Positions 7,657 to 16,263 of a DNA stretch of 32,000 bases are shown in pieces; position 1 is the stretch's first letter, and each line of letters begins with the position of its first letter. The translations under genes and the position numbers were made by a program. Location: contig NC_000854.2 of NCBI RefSeq assembly GCF_000011125.1, positions 1,140,001-1,172,000 on the forward strand, given 5' to 3'. Origin of the DNA: Aeropyrum pernix K1. Lineage in GTDB: Archaea > Thermoproteota > Thermoprotei_A > Sulfolobales > Acidilobaceae. The notes beneath the pieces were generated by a model, which was not told where the DNA came from, searched no databases, and saw only the letters and a list, made by a program, of their open reading frames with translations.

Positions 7657-9069
7657 CTATAGCCTTGCAAGCGGGCTCCTAGGCTTGACTCCAGCATCAA
7701 CTAGCAGGCGTACGGCAGCGTTATGGCCAGGCACGCCTGACACCTGACCTCCCGGGTGGCTGGAGGCCGAGCCGTGGTACAACCCACTAATAGGTGTAGT
7801 ATAGTCGGACCAGCCTTCGAAAGGCCTCTTATCGAGTATTCTGCCGCCGTTTAGGGGGATGTGATTGGGGTTGCCCGACGGGTTTAGAAACTCCATGGCA
7901 AGCACATGCCTGTCTATGCTCTCAACCTTATCTACGCAGCCCACACCCGCCCTGCTCAGTATCTCCTGCGCTTCCGCGCCGTCGAAAAGGCCTGTAAGCG
8001 CCACAACATGCCTCCCGGACAGCTCGTCCAGGCCTTCTGGATGCAGCGTCGGGTATGCAGCCTCAAACCAGTAACCCCTTCCCCACACCTCCACGAGCGG
8101 CGGCCTACCGCCAGCCCGGTACGGTGGTTCGGGCCTGCAGCTGGTCAAAACATTAACCCTGTCGGCTATAATAGAGGTTTTGGAGATCTTATCCAGCTCG
8201 CTGAGGACCTCCCTGCCAAGCACGTCCCGAGAGTCTCCCAACGCGTTCGGCAGCGCGACTATACTCCCAGAGTACACTACCCTTCCCGCCTCTAGAACCT
8301 TCCCACCAACCTCGACTCCCTGCACCCTGCCAGCCTTAACCCTTATCACCGCAGGCCCTAGACCCCTAAACACGTCCACCCCGTGCTCTCGAGCCTTCTC
8401 TTCCAAGTCAAGAAGTAGAGGGGCCCAACCCCTTGGGAGCTGCATCCACACACCCCCGTTCCACAGGTGGAGGAGGGATGTTGCCCCCGGCTCAGACTCG
8501 TAGCCAGGATATGTGAGCAGCCCCCAGAGCTCCCTGGGAAGAAGCCTCCCCAGGGTCTTGTCGAACCTCTCGTAGAATGCGCTCGCCAGCTGTTCACCTC
8601 CGCATCGCCTCAGCCTCTCAGAAGCCTCCTCAAGGCTGGGCGGCCTTATAGAGAATATTATCTCGCCGCTACACCGTCTCCAGGATTCGAGGAGGCCCAC
8701 AAACATACCTGCCTCAGACTCGGGCAACCCCTTCTCCACGAACTCCCTCCTAAGCGCATCACGGCTTAACCACCACCTGAAAACAGTCTCACCAGAGAGG
8801 GAGTCCACCACAACCCAGGAGGGATCGGTGAGCACGGTATAGTTCTTCAAATCTATACCCAGAAAACGTGCAAGGTCCTCGGGGAAAAGGCCTAACGCGT
8901 AAGCAACCCGAGGGTATCTAACACCCAAGGACAGGCCGTCGGAAGAAAGGCCCCCCAGCTGGTCGCGAGCCTCAACCAGAGCCACACGAATACCGTGGAG
9001 GGCAAGCGTTAATGCGGCAACCAAACCATTGTGGCCACCACCAACTACCACAACATCATAGCGTGGCAC
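7657..9069 (-). CDS. FAD-dependent phytoene-desaturase/carotenoid-isomerase-like oxidoreductase
   Basis: N-terminal YDVVVVGGGHNGLVAALTLALHGIRVALVEARDQLGG dinucleotide-binding motif and C-terminal GLYHGSASSHPGGQVSGVPGHNAA. Confidence 0.8.
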   Translation of the reverse strand: MPRYDVVVVGGGHNGLVAALTLALHGIRVALVEARDQLGGLSSDGLSLGVRYPRVAYALGLFPEDLARFLGIDLKNYTVLTDPSWVVVDSLSGETVFRWWLSRDALRREFVEKGLPESEAGMFVGLLESWRRCSGEIIFSIRPPSLEEASERLRRCGGEQLASAFYERFDKTLGRLLPRELWGLLTYPGYESEPGATSLLHLWNGGVWMQLPRGWAPLLLDLEEKAREHGVDVFRGLGPAVIRVKAGRVQGVEVGGKVLEAGRVVYSGSIVALPNALGDSRDVLGREVLSELDKISKTSIIADRVNVLTSCRPEPPYRAGGRPPLVEVWGRGYWFEAAYPTLHPEGLDELSGRHVVALTGLFDGAEAQEILSRAGVGCVDKVESIDRHVLAMEFLNPSGNPNHIPLNGGRILDKRPFEGWSDYTTPISGLYHGSASSHPGGQVSGVPGHNAAVRLLVDAGVKPRSPLARL

Positions 9070-9337
9070 GCCTATTACACCCTACCACTAGTAAGATCTA
9101 CCGGCGAGGATAGAAGATTCGGGTATGAGAGGAGATAAAGACTCTCCACGACAGCAATTCCAGTGTTCCAAACTGGGAGGCTATATTGATACCGAGATAG
9201 AATGGGAATTCTCACATTGTTACGTTATGGGGTGACAATCTATATTGCTTGCTCCCGTCGCGCTGTCTCGCTTGCAGCCTCTCCCGGAAAAAACCCTGTT
9301 TCTCCTGTTAGCCTGTTTTAGAGGTTTTGCTGCTGTT

Positions 9338-9646
9338 TTAGGCAGACTCGCCCGCCTTCTCGAGGCAGATCTCTATGCTGCTGACCCTCCTGGTCCTGGT
9401 CTGGCCCTCTGGCGTCTGCACCTCGATCTCCTGGCTGTCGATCTTTATGTCCTTTATCTCGATGTTCTTTGCGAACCTCTTTCTAACTATCTCTACAGCG
9501 TCTACGGCGCGGTTTATGTTCCTGCCCCTGGCCTTCACGACCACCTGGTTGGTACCCTGCTCCATCAGGGTTGTTAGTATGGCTAGAACATAGTTCATTA
9601 CAGGCTTCCTACCGATCCTGACCTCAGGTGCTCCCTCACATGCCAT
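9338..9646 (-). CDS. alba: DNA/RNA-binding protein Alba (paralog A)
   Basis: [50 protein letters not shown] is diagnostic. Confidence 0.95.
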   Translation of the reverse strand: MACEGAPEVRIGRKPVMNYVLAILTTLMEQGTNQVVVKARGRNINRAVDAVEIVRKRFAKNIEIKDIKIDSQEIEVQTPEGQTRTRRVSSIEICLEKAGESA

Positions 9647-9778
9647 GCCTCTGCCACCTCGTCTGGTTCTACGTTGTTCTGTCGTTACCCTAATAGTCTC
9701 AACACGTGTTTTTAAGCTTTACTACCCCCCGTAATCGAGTGTTACTATAATGGGATTGGCATAGGCGGTGGCACCCGC

Positions 9779-10936
9779 ATGACTGGGGTGGCAGATCTCC
9801 CCCTACACAGCGGCAAGGTCCCTCCGTGGATGTTGAAGGTCATGGAGAGGCTGGCCAGGTCTATAGCAAGAGCTATAGTTGAGATCCATGGGCCTGACGC
9901 TGTTGTTAGGGGTCTTGCAGACCCATACTGGTTCCAAGCCTTCAACAACGCTATAGGGATGGACTGGGATAGCAGCGGGAGCACAACGGTTCTCCTTGCA
10001 GTTCTTAGGAAGGTTAGCCTGAGCGAGGACCTCGGCTTTATAGTAGTTGGAGGTAAGGGTAGGAGGATGAGGGGTATAGACAGTGAGGTAGAAGCTCTGG
10101 CGGATAGGGTTGGTATAGACGCTTCTAAGCTGCTAGGATTCAGCCAGGCGGCTGGCAGGGTATCTAACGTGCTCCTCCAGGACGGCTACTCGCCCTACAT
10201 ACATGCTGTCGTAGCCTCGGAGACCGGTCTAATGGTTGCGGTCCAGCAGGGTATGAACGTGGAAGCAGGTCTCTCGAGGAGGTACCATGTGGACAGGGAA
10301 TCCGTAGAGGAGCCTTTTAGAGGCGTCTCGGGCATTCTCAGCCATTCTGGCGTTCTCAATGCAGTAGCGTCAGAAAGCAAGGAGGCTAGAAAGCTCTATG
10401 TAGACCTGGCCCGCGAGGGCGCTAGCAGGATTGAGAGGATGGTTCTAGAGGCCTCTAGGATGGTTAGTGGAGCCCCTACACTTCTAGACTACATGGACCG
10501 TCACCCAGGCGCCAGCCATAGGAATGCGTCGGGGGGTCCGAGGAGTTCCAAGCCTTACTATAAGCCAGTGCCTATAGACTCAAGGACGAGAAAGTATCTA
10601 GAGATGCTTGCCGATAACCCCCCTGTAGATGAGCAGGACCTCCTAACGGCCCCTGGCTTGACACCCAAGGTTGTCAGGGCTCTCGCGCTCGTCGCAGACA
10701 TTATATACGGTGTCCCCACGAGCCACAGAGACCCGGTCTCCACCCCGCTAAACCCCTTTGTCTACGCGTATTCGGTGGGCGGTAAGGATGGAGTGCCCTA
10801 TAGGTTTGACAGGCGGACTGCAGAGCGGGTTGTACTAGCTCTCGAAGAAGCAGTTGAGCTTGCCCGGCTCGGTAGAGACGAGAAGCTCAGGGCTCTAAGG
10901 AGGCTGAGGAGGCTACTAGACCCGTTGAGATCCTGA
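9779..10936 (+). CDS. DUF763 family protein
   Basis: 385-aa ORF starting MTGVADLPLHSGKVPPWMLKVMERLARSI, the characteristic DUF763 N-terminus. Confidence 0.8.
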   Translation: MTGVADLPLHSGKVPPWMLKVMERLARSIARAIVEIHGPDAVVRGLADPYWFQAFNNAIGMDWDSSGSTTVLLAVLRKVSLSEDLGFIVVGGKGRRMRGIDSEVEALADRVGIDASKLLGFSQAAGRVSNVLLQDGYSPYIHAVVASETGLMVAVQQGMNVEAGLSRRYHVDRESVEEPFRGVSGILSHSGVLNAVASESKEARKLYVDLAREGASRIERMVLEASRMVSGAPTLLDYMDRHPGASHRNASGGPRSSKPYYKPVPIDSRTRKYLEMLADNPPVDEQDLLTAPGLTPKVVRALALVADIIYGVPTSHRDPVSTPLNPFVYAYSVGGKDGVPYRFDRRTAERVVLALEEAVELARLGRDEKLRALRRLRRLLDPLRS

Positions 10937-10984
10937 CTTAACCATCCCCCAGTTTCGCCACGCCCTCTGCTTTGCAGCTGCTTC

Positions 10985-12115
10985 CTACTCTACCCTCACC
11001 ATCTTCCACTTACCATAACCTATCAACACCCTGATGTAGCCCCGCATCATCCTGTCTACATCATCATCGCCTGTATCAACCCTCAGTCTCCCCAGACTCC
11101 TCAACTTCTCGGGGTCTGAGACGACTACTATTCCCTCTTTACCCACCTTCCTGACCACACGGGGGCTTATCTGCTGGTTTCCCCGGCCCAGTATGAATCC
11201 CTGCCCGCCTATGGGGGAGAGTACAATCACTGTTCTAGGGTGCTTCTCGATAAGCTCGATTATCGCCTCCTCGTCGAGATCCTTACCAACCAGCCTTTTG
11301 TTGTGAACTGCGTCGACGCCGAGGAGCGTCTTCCTGACACCCAGGTACTCGGCTATTCTTGCCACAGTACGCCCTGGCCCTAGTATATATAGTGTGCAGT
11401 CTCTGTACAGCTCTTCTGCGAAGAACCTAGCTATATCTTCCACGCCCTCCCCGCCTGCCAAGGTTTTAGGGCTCTCTACAACACCCTCAGCCACGGGTAC
11501 GAGGAGCTTTCCAAAAGTCCTAAGCACCAGCCTGTCACGCCTAAACTCCTCCTCGTCCACGTCAACGACAGGCCTCTCCTCGAGCCTGGCCCTACCCTCT
11601 AGGAAGGCTGTCACAACCCTGGCTGCAGAGCGGGGGTTGACCGCGAATACGCCGCTGTAGACTTTAACCCCCGAAGGTATCCCTAGCACTGGGAGCCTCA
11701 TGTCCACAGCGTTTAGAATATCCCTAGCGGTACCATCGCCCCCGGCGAAGACGAGGAGATCAACCTCATTCTCAATAGTTCTTGCACATCTTATCGTGTC
11801 GTGGGCCGTTGTAGGCCATATCCGGGGGTCGACGCACGGCACCGTCTCCACTTTTACTGCTCTCAGGCGGCCCGCCTCCCTGGCTACCGACTCCCCCATT
11901 CTTCCTGGGGGGAGCAGCAGCTTAACCTGTATACCTTTGCTGGCTAGCTCGTCGTCGAGAGACTCCAGAAAGGCTCTGGCCCTCCTCGGCGCAACAAGGT
12001 CTGCCCCCATCATGAGGGCTCTAATGCCGTAGGCCCCGTCGCTACCTTTAAAGCCTAGTCTACCACCTACGCCAGCGAGAGGGTTTACTATGAGCCCGAT
12101 TATCCTGTCTTTCAA
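10985..12115 (-). CDS. ATP-NAD kinase-like protein (COG3199 type)
   Basis: GLIVNPLAGVGG, VFAGGDGTARDILNAV and LGIPSGVKVYSGVFAVNP motifs. Confidence 0.85.
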   Translation of the reverse strand: MKDRIIGLIVNPLAGVGGRLGFKGSDGAYGIRALMMGADLVAPRRARAFLESLDDELASKGIQVKLLLPPGRMGESVAREAGRLRAVKVETVPCVDPRIWPTTAHDTIRCARTIENEVDLLVFAGGDGTARDILNAVDMRLPVLGIPSGVKVYSGVFAVNPRSAARVVTAFLEGRARLEERPVVDVDEEEFRRDRLVLRTFGKLLVPVAEGVVESPKTLAGGEGVEDIARFFAEELYRDCTLYILGPGRTVARIAEYLGVRKTLLGVDAVHNKRLVGKDLDEEAIIELIEKHPRTVIVLSPIGGQGFILGRGNQQISPRVVRKVGKEGIVVVSDPEKLRSLGRLRVDTGDDDVDRMMRGYIRVLIGYGKWKMVRVE

Positions 12116-12936
12116 GTAAGCCCCACGCCCCTAGGCCCCATTGTCCTGTAGTCTCTATACGCTACATACCTTGTTACAACCACAAACAATGTGAGGAGGG
12201 CTAGGAATAGTAGAGATGCTAGGAGCTCGCCCTGAAAGCCTAGGTAGGGCCTGTCGCCGGCTACGGCGTAACGCATTATCTCCGCAGGGTGGCTATAGGG
12301 TGTTAGGACGGCGACGAGTCTGAGGGGCCATATCAGCGTTTCCACGTCGACCGCCACACCACCTATGAAGAACATGGCTAGGTTCATGACGTCAAGGCTC
12401 GGCGCAGGCACTTTAAGCTTTAAGCCGATGAAGGCCAGTCCCAGCGCATATAGCGTGGACATGAGGGCGAGGATGAGTAGAGAGAGGGCTAGAAGCGGGG
12501 GGCTTCTCACGCTAAATATGTTAACACCTGTCGAGGAGTAGAGCATTATCCCAACCCCCAGCGAGGACAGCAGGCTTATAGCCAGACTAGGAATAGCGCG
12601 CGTGGCTAGGAATAGCGTGTGGCTTGCGCTGGAAGCTTCAACCTCATCCATCAGCCCGATTGCTACGTAGAACTTAATCCAATTGCCTATAGACCATACG
12701 GGCGTGCTCATCAAGCTCCACATGACAACGCTGAAGAAGAGGACCGGCACCACCTCTACATAGTCACCGGGGGGTGTGAAGGCTAGGCCGGCGAAGACGA
12801 ATATAAGTAGCCATAGAGCATCTATTATAGCCCAGTTCACCAGGTTGTACCTCATTCTCCAGGCTCTCTTCGAATGCGCCCAAACCATTACTGTGAACTG
12901 GGTGAGGATCCTGGATATGCCGCCGAGCATGCTCAA
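12112..12936 (-). CDS. ABC-2 type transporter permease
   Basis: 274-aa polytopic protein. 4-nt overlaps with both neighbours, in an operon with the ABC ATPase. Confidence 0.75.
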   Translation of the reverse strand: MSMLGGISRILTQFTVMVWAHSKRAWRMRYNLVNWAIIDALWLLIFVFAGLAFTPPGDYVEVVPVLFFSVVMWSLMSTPVWSIGNWIKFYVAIGLMDEVEASSASHTLFLATRAIPSLAISLLSSLGVGIMLYSSTGVNIFSVRSPPLLALSLLILALMSTLYALGLAFIGLKLKVPAPSLDVMNLAMFFIGGVAVDVETLIWPLRLVAVLTPYSHPAEIMRYAVAGDRPYLGFQGELLASLLFLALLTLFVVVTRYVAYRDYRTMGPRGVGLT

Positions 12937-13796
12937 CTGGAAACACCTCTCCTCTGCGCGACCTTCTCCAGATACTCGAGGGCCAGCACGCCGCCCACGT
13001 TATATAGAAGCGACATTAAGGCGAAGGCGTACAGCACTATGTAGATGACCTTCACACCAGGAGCGTCGAATCCCGACACGAGCTTGGCCGACTCCACTAC
13101 ATATGTTACCGGGATTATCTTTGAAGCCCACTCGAGAATCCTGGGTAGCAGCTCGACGGGGTAGAAGACCCCCGAAAGAAGGAGCAGTAGTGGGTTAAGG
13201 AAGCCTAGGACGTTGCCCTCCTCCCTGGCTACTATAGAGAGGAGGCTTGCTACAATGGCAATACCCATTAACGGTATCATGCCAAGGAGAACTATGGCAA
13301 CTATAACCATGAGCCTGAAGAACGAGTCTAGCCCGCCAAGTACGAGTATAAGGGGGACTATGGAAACGTAGTTTATAGCCACTGAGAACACGGTTAGAGC
13401 GGTACCTGACGCCAGCAGGTAGACGGTGAACCTTGGAGATGCCAGGATAACGTAGGGCAGAGTGCCCAGCCAGCGGTGCCAGAGTAGCGAGTTTGACGTA
13501 TAATCGATTATACCTACTGCTGTGAAAGCCACTGCACTAGCGACCGCCAGGAAGATTAGAGGGTCCTCGACACCCGTAACATGCCTATAATAATCTATGC
13601 TACCGTAGCTTGTCCCCAGTATATAAATTGATAGCATCATCAGATACGGCCACGAGAGAGTTATTATGGTGTACTGCTTGTTGCGCCTAAGCTCCATAAG
13701 CCTAAACTCGGCCTCAGCTACGGCAAGCCTTAGGAAAACGCGGAATAGCTTACCAGCCGAGTAGGATCCTAGGCTCATGGCGGCTATGCCCCTCAC
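12933..13796 (-). CDS. ABC-2 type transporter permease
   Basis: 287-aa polytopic protein with SGVFYPVELLPRILEWASKIIPVTYVVE, a typical ABC-2 C-terminal loop. Confidence 0.8.
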   Translation of the reverse strand: MRGIAAMSLGSYSAGKLFRVFLRLAVAEAEFRLMELRRNKQYTIITLSWPYLMMLSIYILGTSYGSIDYYRHVTGVEDPLIFLAVASAVAFTAVGIIDYTSNSLLWHRWLGTLPYVILASPRFTVYLLASGTALTVFSVAINYVSIVPLILVLGGLDSFFRLMVIVAIVLLGMIPLMGIAIVASLLSIVAREEGNVLGFLNPLLLLLSGVFYPVELLPRILEWASKIIPVTYVVESAKLVSGFDAPGVKVIYIVLYAFALMSLLYNVGGVLALEYLEKVAQRRGVSS

Positions 13797-14830
13797 CGCT
13801 GGGCTATACTCCCTTTAACACGCCCCGACCTCGCTTCACCGCTCTCGCTTACAGCAACAAACACGTCCTCGAGAGAAGGCTCGAGAGCCTTTATCTCGAG
13901 TATCTTAAACCTGTACTGGTAGGCTAGCCGTGTTATACGGTCGATTATGGGTTCTGCAGGCTCGTCACGGTTTACCGAGACCCTGAATGTGAGTATACCG
14001 TCTGAGAACGTTACGCCTCCTACTATCCTGTTGCCATACTCGCCCTTAACATCATAGAAGAACTTTTTAGCGGCATGGCCGCTAGCCTTAACCCTGAACT
14101 CCAGGTTTATCGAGCTGAAAACCCTCCTCTTAAGCTCGTCCGGAGTCCCTTCCATAGCTATTCTGCCTCCAATTATAATGCCCACTCTGTCGCTGATCAT
14201 CTCAGCCTCAACCATGTTATGTGTAGTTATAAATATAGTTCGGCCCTCCGAGGCCAGACTCCTAATAACGCCTCTAATAGTCCTGGCGCTAGCGGGGTCC
14301 AGCCCCAAAGTTGGCTCGTCTAATATGAGGACCTCAGGATCCTTTAAGAGGACCCTGGCGAGCCCCAGCCTGGCCTTCATGCCCAAGCTCATCTCCTCGA
14401 ACGGCTTATCAGCGCCGCCTAAGTCGGTTAGGCCTACTAGATCTAGAACCTCCTTTATCCTGCTCTTCAGCTCGCCTTGAGGTATTCCATAGATCCTCCC
14501 GAAATAGTAGAGGTTCTCCCTTCCGGTAAGCTTCCAATAGAAACCGCGCTCCACCGAAAGCATAACACCTATCCTTTTCCTGACCTCCCACCTCTCCTTC
14601 ACGACATCGAAACCCGCAACCCTAGCTTCACCTCCATCCGGATCTAGAAGCGTGGATAGGATCCTGACCGTCGTAGTCTTCCCAGCCCCGTTGGGTCCGA
14701 GGAAAGAGTAGATCTCACCTTCGTAAACGCTGAAAGATACTCCTTTAAGCGCCTCCACTACCCTCCTCCTAATCCTCCCGCTGACAAAGCGCTTCACCAG
14801 TCCGCGAGCCTCTATCATCGCACCTGCCAC
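13793..14830 (-). CDS. ABC transporter ATP-binding protein (DrrA/ABC-2 exporter type)
   Basis: Walker A GPNGAGKTT, signature MSLGMKARLGLARVLL (LSxGM-type), Walker B EVLILDEPTLGLDP. Confidence 0.93.
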   Translation of the reverse strand: MAGAMIEARGLVKRFVSGRIRRRVVEALKGVSFSVYEGEIYSFLGPNGAGKTTTVRILSTLLDPDGGEARVAGFDVVKERWEVRKRIGVMLSVERGFYWKLTGRENLYYFGRIYGIPQGELKSRIKEVLDLVGLTDLGGADKPFEEMSLGMKARLGLARVLLKDPEVLILDEPTLGLDPASARTIRGVIRSLASEGRTIFITTHNMVEAEMISDRVGIIIGGRIAMEGTPDELKRRVFSSINLEFRVKASGHAAKKFFYDVKGEYGNRIVGGVTFSDGILTFRVSVNRDEPAEPIIDRITRLAYQYRFKILEIKALEPSLEDVFVAVSESGEARSGRVKGSIAQR

Positions 14831-15122
14831 AGGCCCTACACCCGCTTCAAGGCTTAGTGTTGATTAATTTTCCCTTTAGCAGCCGCAGGGGCTGCTATAG
14901 CTATGTCCAGTATTTTTAGTTTGCTCCTGGCAGTAATTATGTTGTTAAACGCGTAAAGCCTGCAGCGGAGGGGAATATTTTATAAATAATGTTTAAACTC
15001 TTCATACCCAACATCCTGATACTATTATTCGTCCGGTGCTCGGTTAAAGGGGGGTCCAGGCCAAGCGTCAAGACTGATGGCGATAGGTATATCCTTCCAG
15101 AATTCTTTTTGGTTTAGTAAAA

Positions 15123-15130
15123 GTTTATAG
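15123..15130 (+). promoter_or_regulatory. TATA-like box for the 2-hydroxyacid dehydrogenase gene
   Basis: gtttatag about 40 nt upstream of ATG 15170. Confidence 0.4.
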
Positions 15131-15169
15131 ATAGTGGGATGCGTCTATAGCCTTTGGTGCGGTAGCGCT

Positions 15170-16177
15170 ATGAAGAGGCCTAGGGTTTTTGTTACAAGAG
15201 AAGTGTTCCCCGAAGCCCTTGAACTCCTCTCTAAGTACTATGATGTTGAAGTTTGGGATAAGTATCAGCCGCCTCCGTACGAGACTCTTCTCTCGAAGGC
15301 TAGGGAGGCGGATGCACTCTACACCCTCTTGACAGACAGGATAGACTGTGATCTTCTGAGTCAGGCTCCCAGACTAAGGATTGTCGCCCAGATGGCAGTA
15401 GGTTTCGATAATATTGACGTTGAGTGTGCAACGAGGCTGGGAATATACGTAACTAACACGCCGGGAGTTCTCACCGAGGCCACTGCCGAGTTCACCTGGG
15501 CTTTAATACTGGCAGCCGCGAGGCGGGTGGTGGAGGCCGACCATTTCGTCAGGTGGGGCGAGTGGTGGAGGCTGAGGACTGGCTGGCATCCCATGATGAT
15601 GCTGGGCGTGGAGCTTAGAGGGAAAACACTAGGCATCCTGGGCATGGGCAGGATAGGATCTAGAGTAGCGGAGATAGGTAAGGCGTTTGGAATGAGGATA
15701 ATTTATCACAGTAGGTCTAGGAAGAGGGAGATTGAGAAGGAGTTAGGGGCTGAGTATAGGAGCCTTGAGGACCTCCTGCGGGAGTCGGACATACTTAGCA
15801 TACACCTCCCTCTGACGGATGAAACAAGGCATTTAATAGGGGAGAGCGAGTTGAAGCTAATGAAGAAGACGGCGATACTTGTGAACACGGGGAGAGGTGC
15901 TATAGTTGATACTGGGGCTCTTGTGAAAGCCCTTAGGGAGGGTTGGATAGCGGCTGCTGCACTTGACGTCTTCGAGGAGGAGCCTCTTAACCCTAACCAT
16001 CCGCTAACAGCGTTCAAAAACGTCGTACTGGCCCCTCATGCTGCCAGTGCCACTAGAGAGACCAGGCTTAGGATGGCTATGATGGCTGCGGAGAACCTGG
16101 TAGCATTCGCTCAGGGAAAAGTGCCTCCTAACCTGGTTAACAGAGAAGTGGTCAAGGTAAGGCAGCCCGGATTCTAG
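15170..16177 (+). CDS. D-2-hydroxyacid dehydrogenase / glyoxylate reductase
   Basis: MKRPRVFVTREVFPEALELL, NTPGVLTEATAEF, LGILGMGRIGSRVAEIGKAFGM and LHLPLTDETRHLI. Track ORF starts at GTG 15134, but the family N-terminus begins at ATG 15170. Confidence 0.92.
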   Translation: MKRPRVFVTREVFPEALELLSKYYDVEVWDKYQPPPYETLLSKAREADALYTLLTDRIDCDLLSQAPRLRIVAQMAVGFDNIDVECATRLGIYVTNTPGVLTEATAEFTWALILAAARRVVEADHFVRWGEWWRLRTGWHPMMMLGVELRGKTLGILGMGRIGSRVAEIGKAFGMRIIYHSRSRKREIEKELGAEYRSLEDLLRESDILSIHLPLTDETRHLIGESELKLMKKTAILVNTGRGAIVDTGALVKALREGWIAAAALDVFEEEPLNPNHPLTAFKNVVLAPHAASATRETRLRMAMMAAENLVAFAQGKVPPNLVNREVVKVRQPGF

Positions 16178-16263
16178 TTCCCGAAGCATGAGAAGAGCCC
16201 CAAGCTAAAACCGCCGTTAATAAGCCCCCGGGGTGATAATGCTGTAGATTGAGTTGAGCGGCT

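Noticed and set aside
12112-14830. Possibility that the ABC operon is a defence or bacteriocin system
   Set aside because: No peptide precursor, modification enzyme, nuclease or immunity-like gene nearby. The genes look like a generic ABC-2 exporter.
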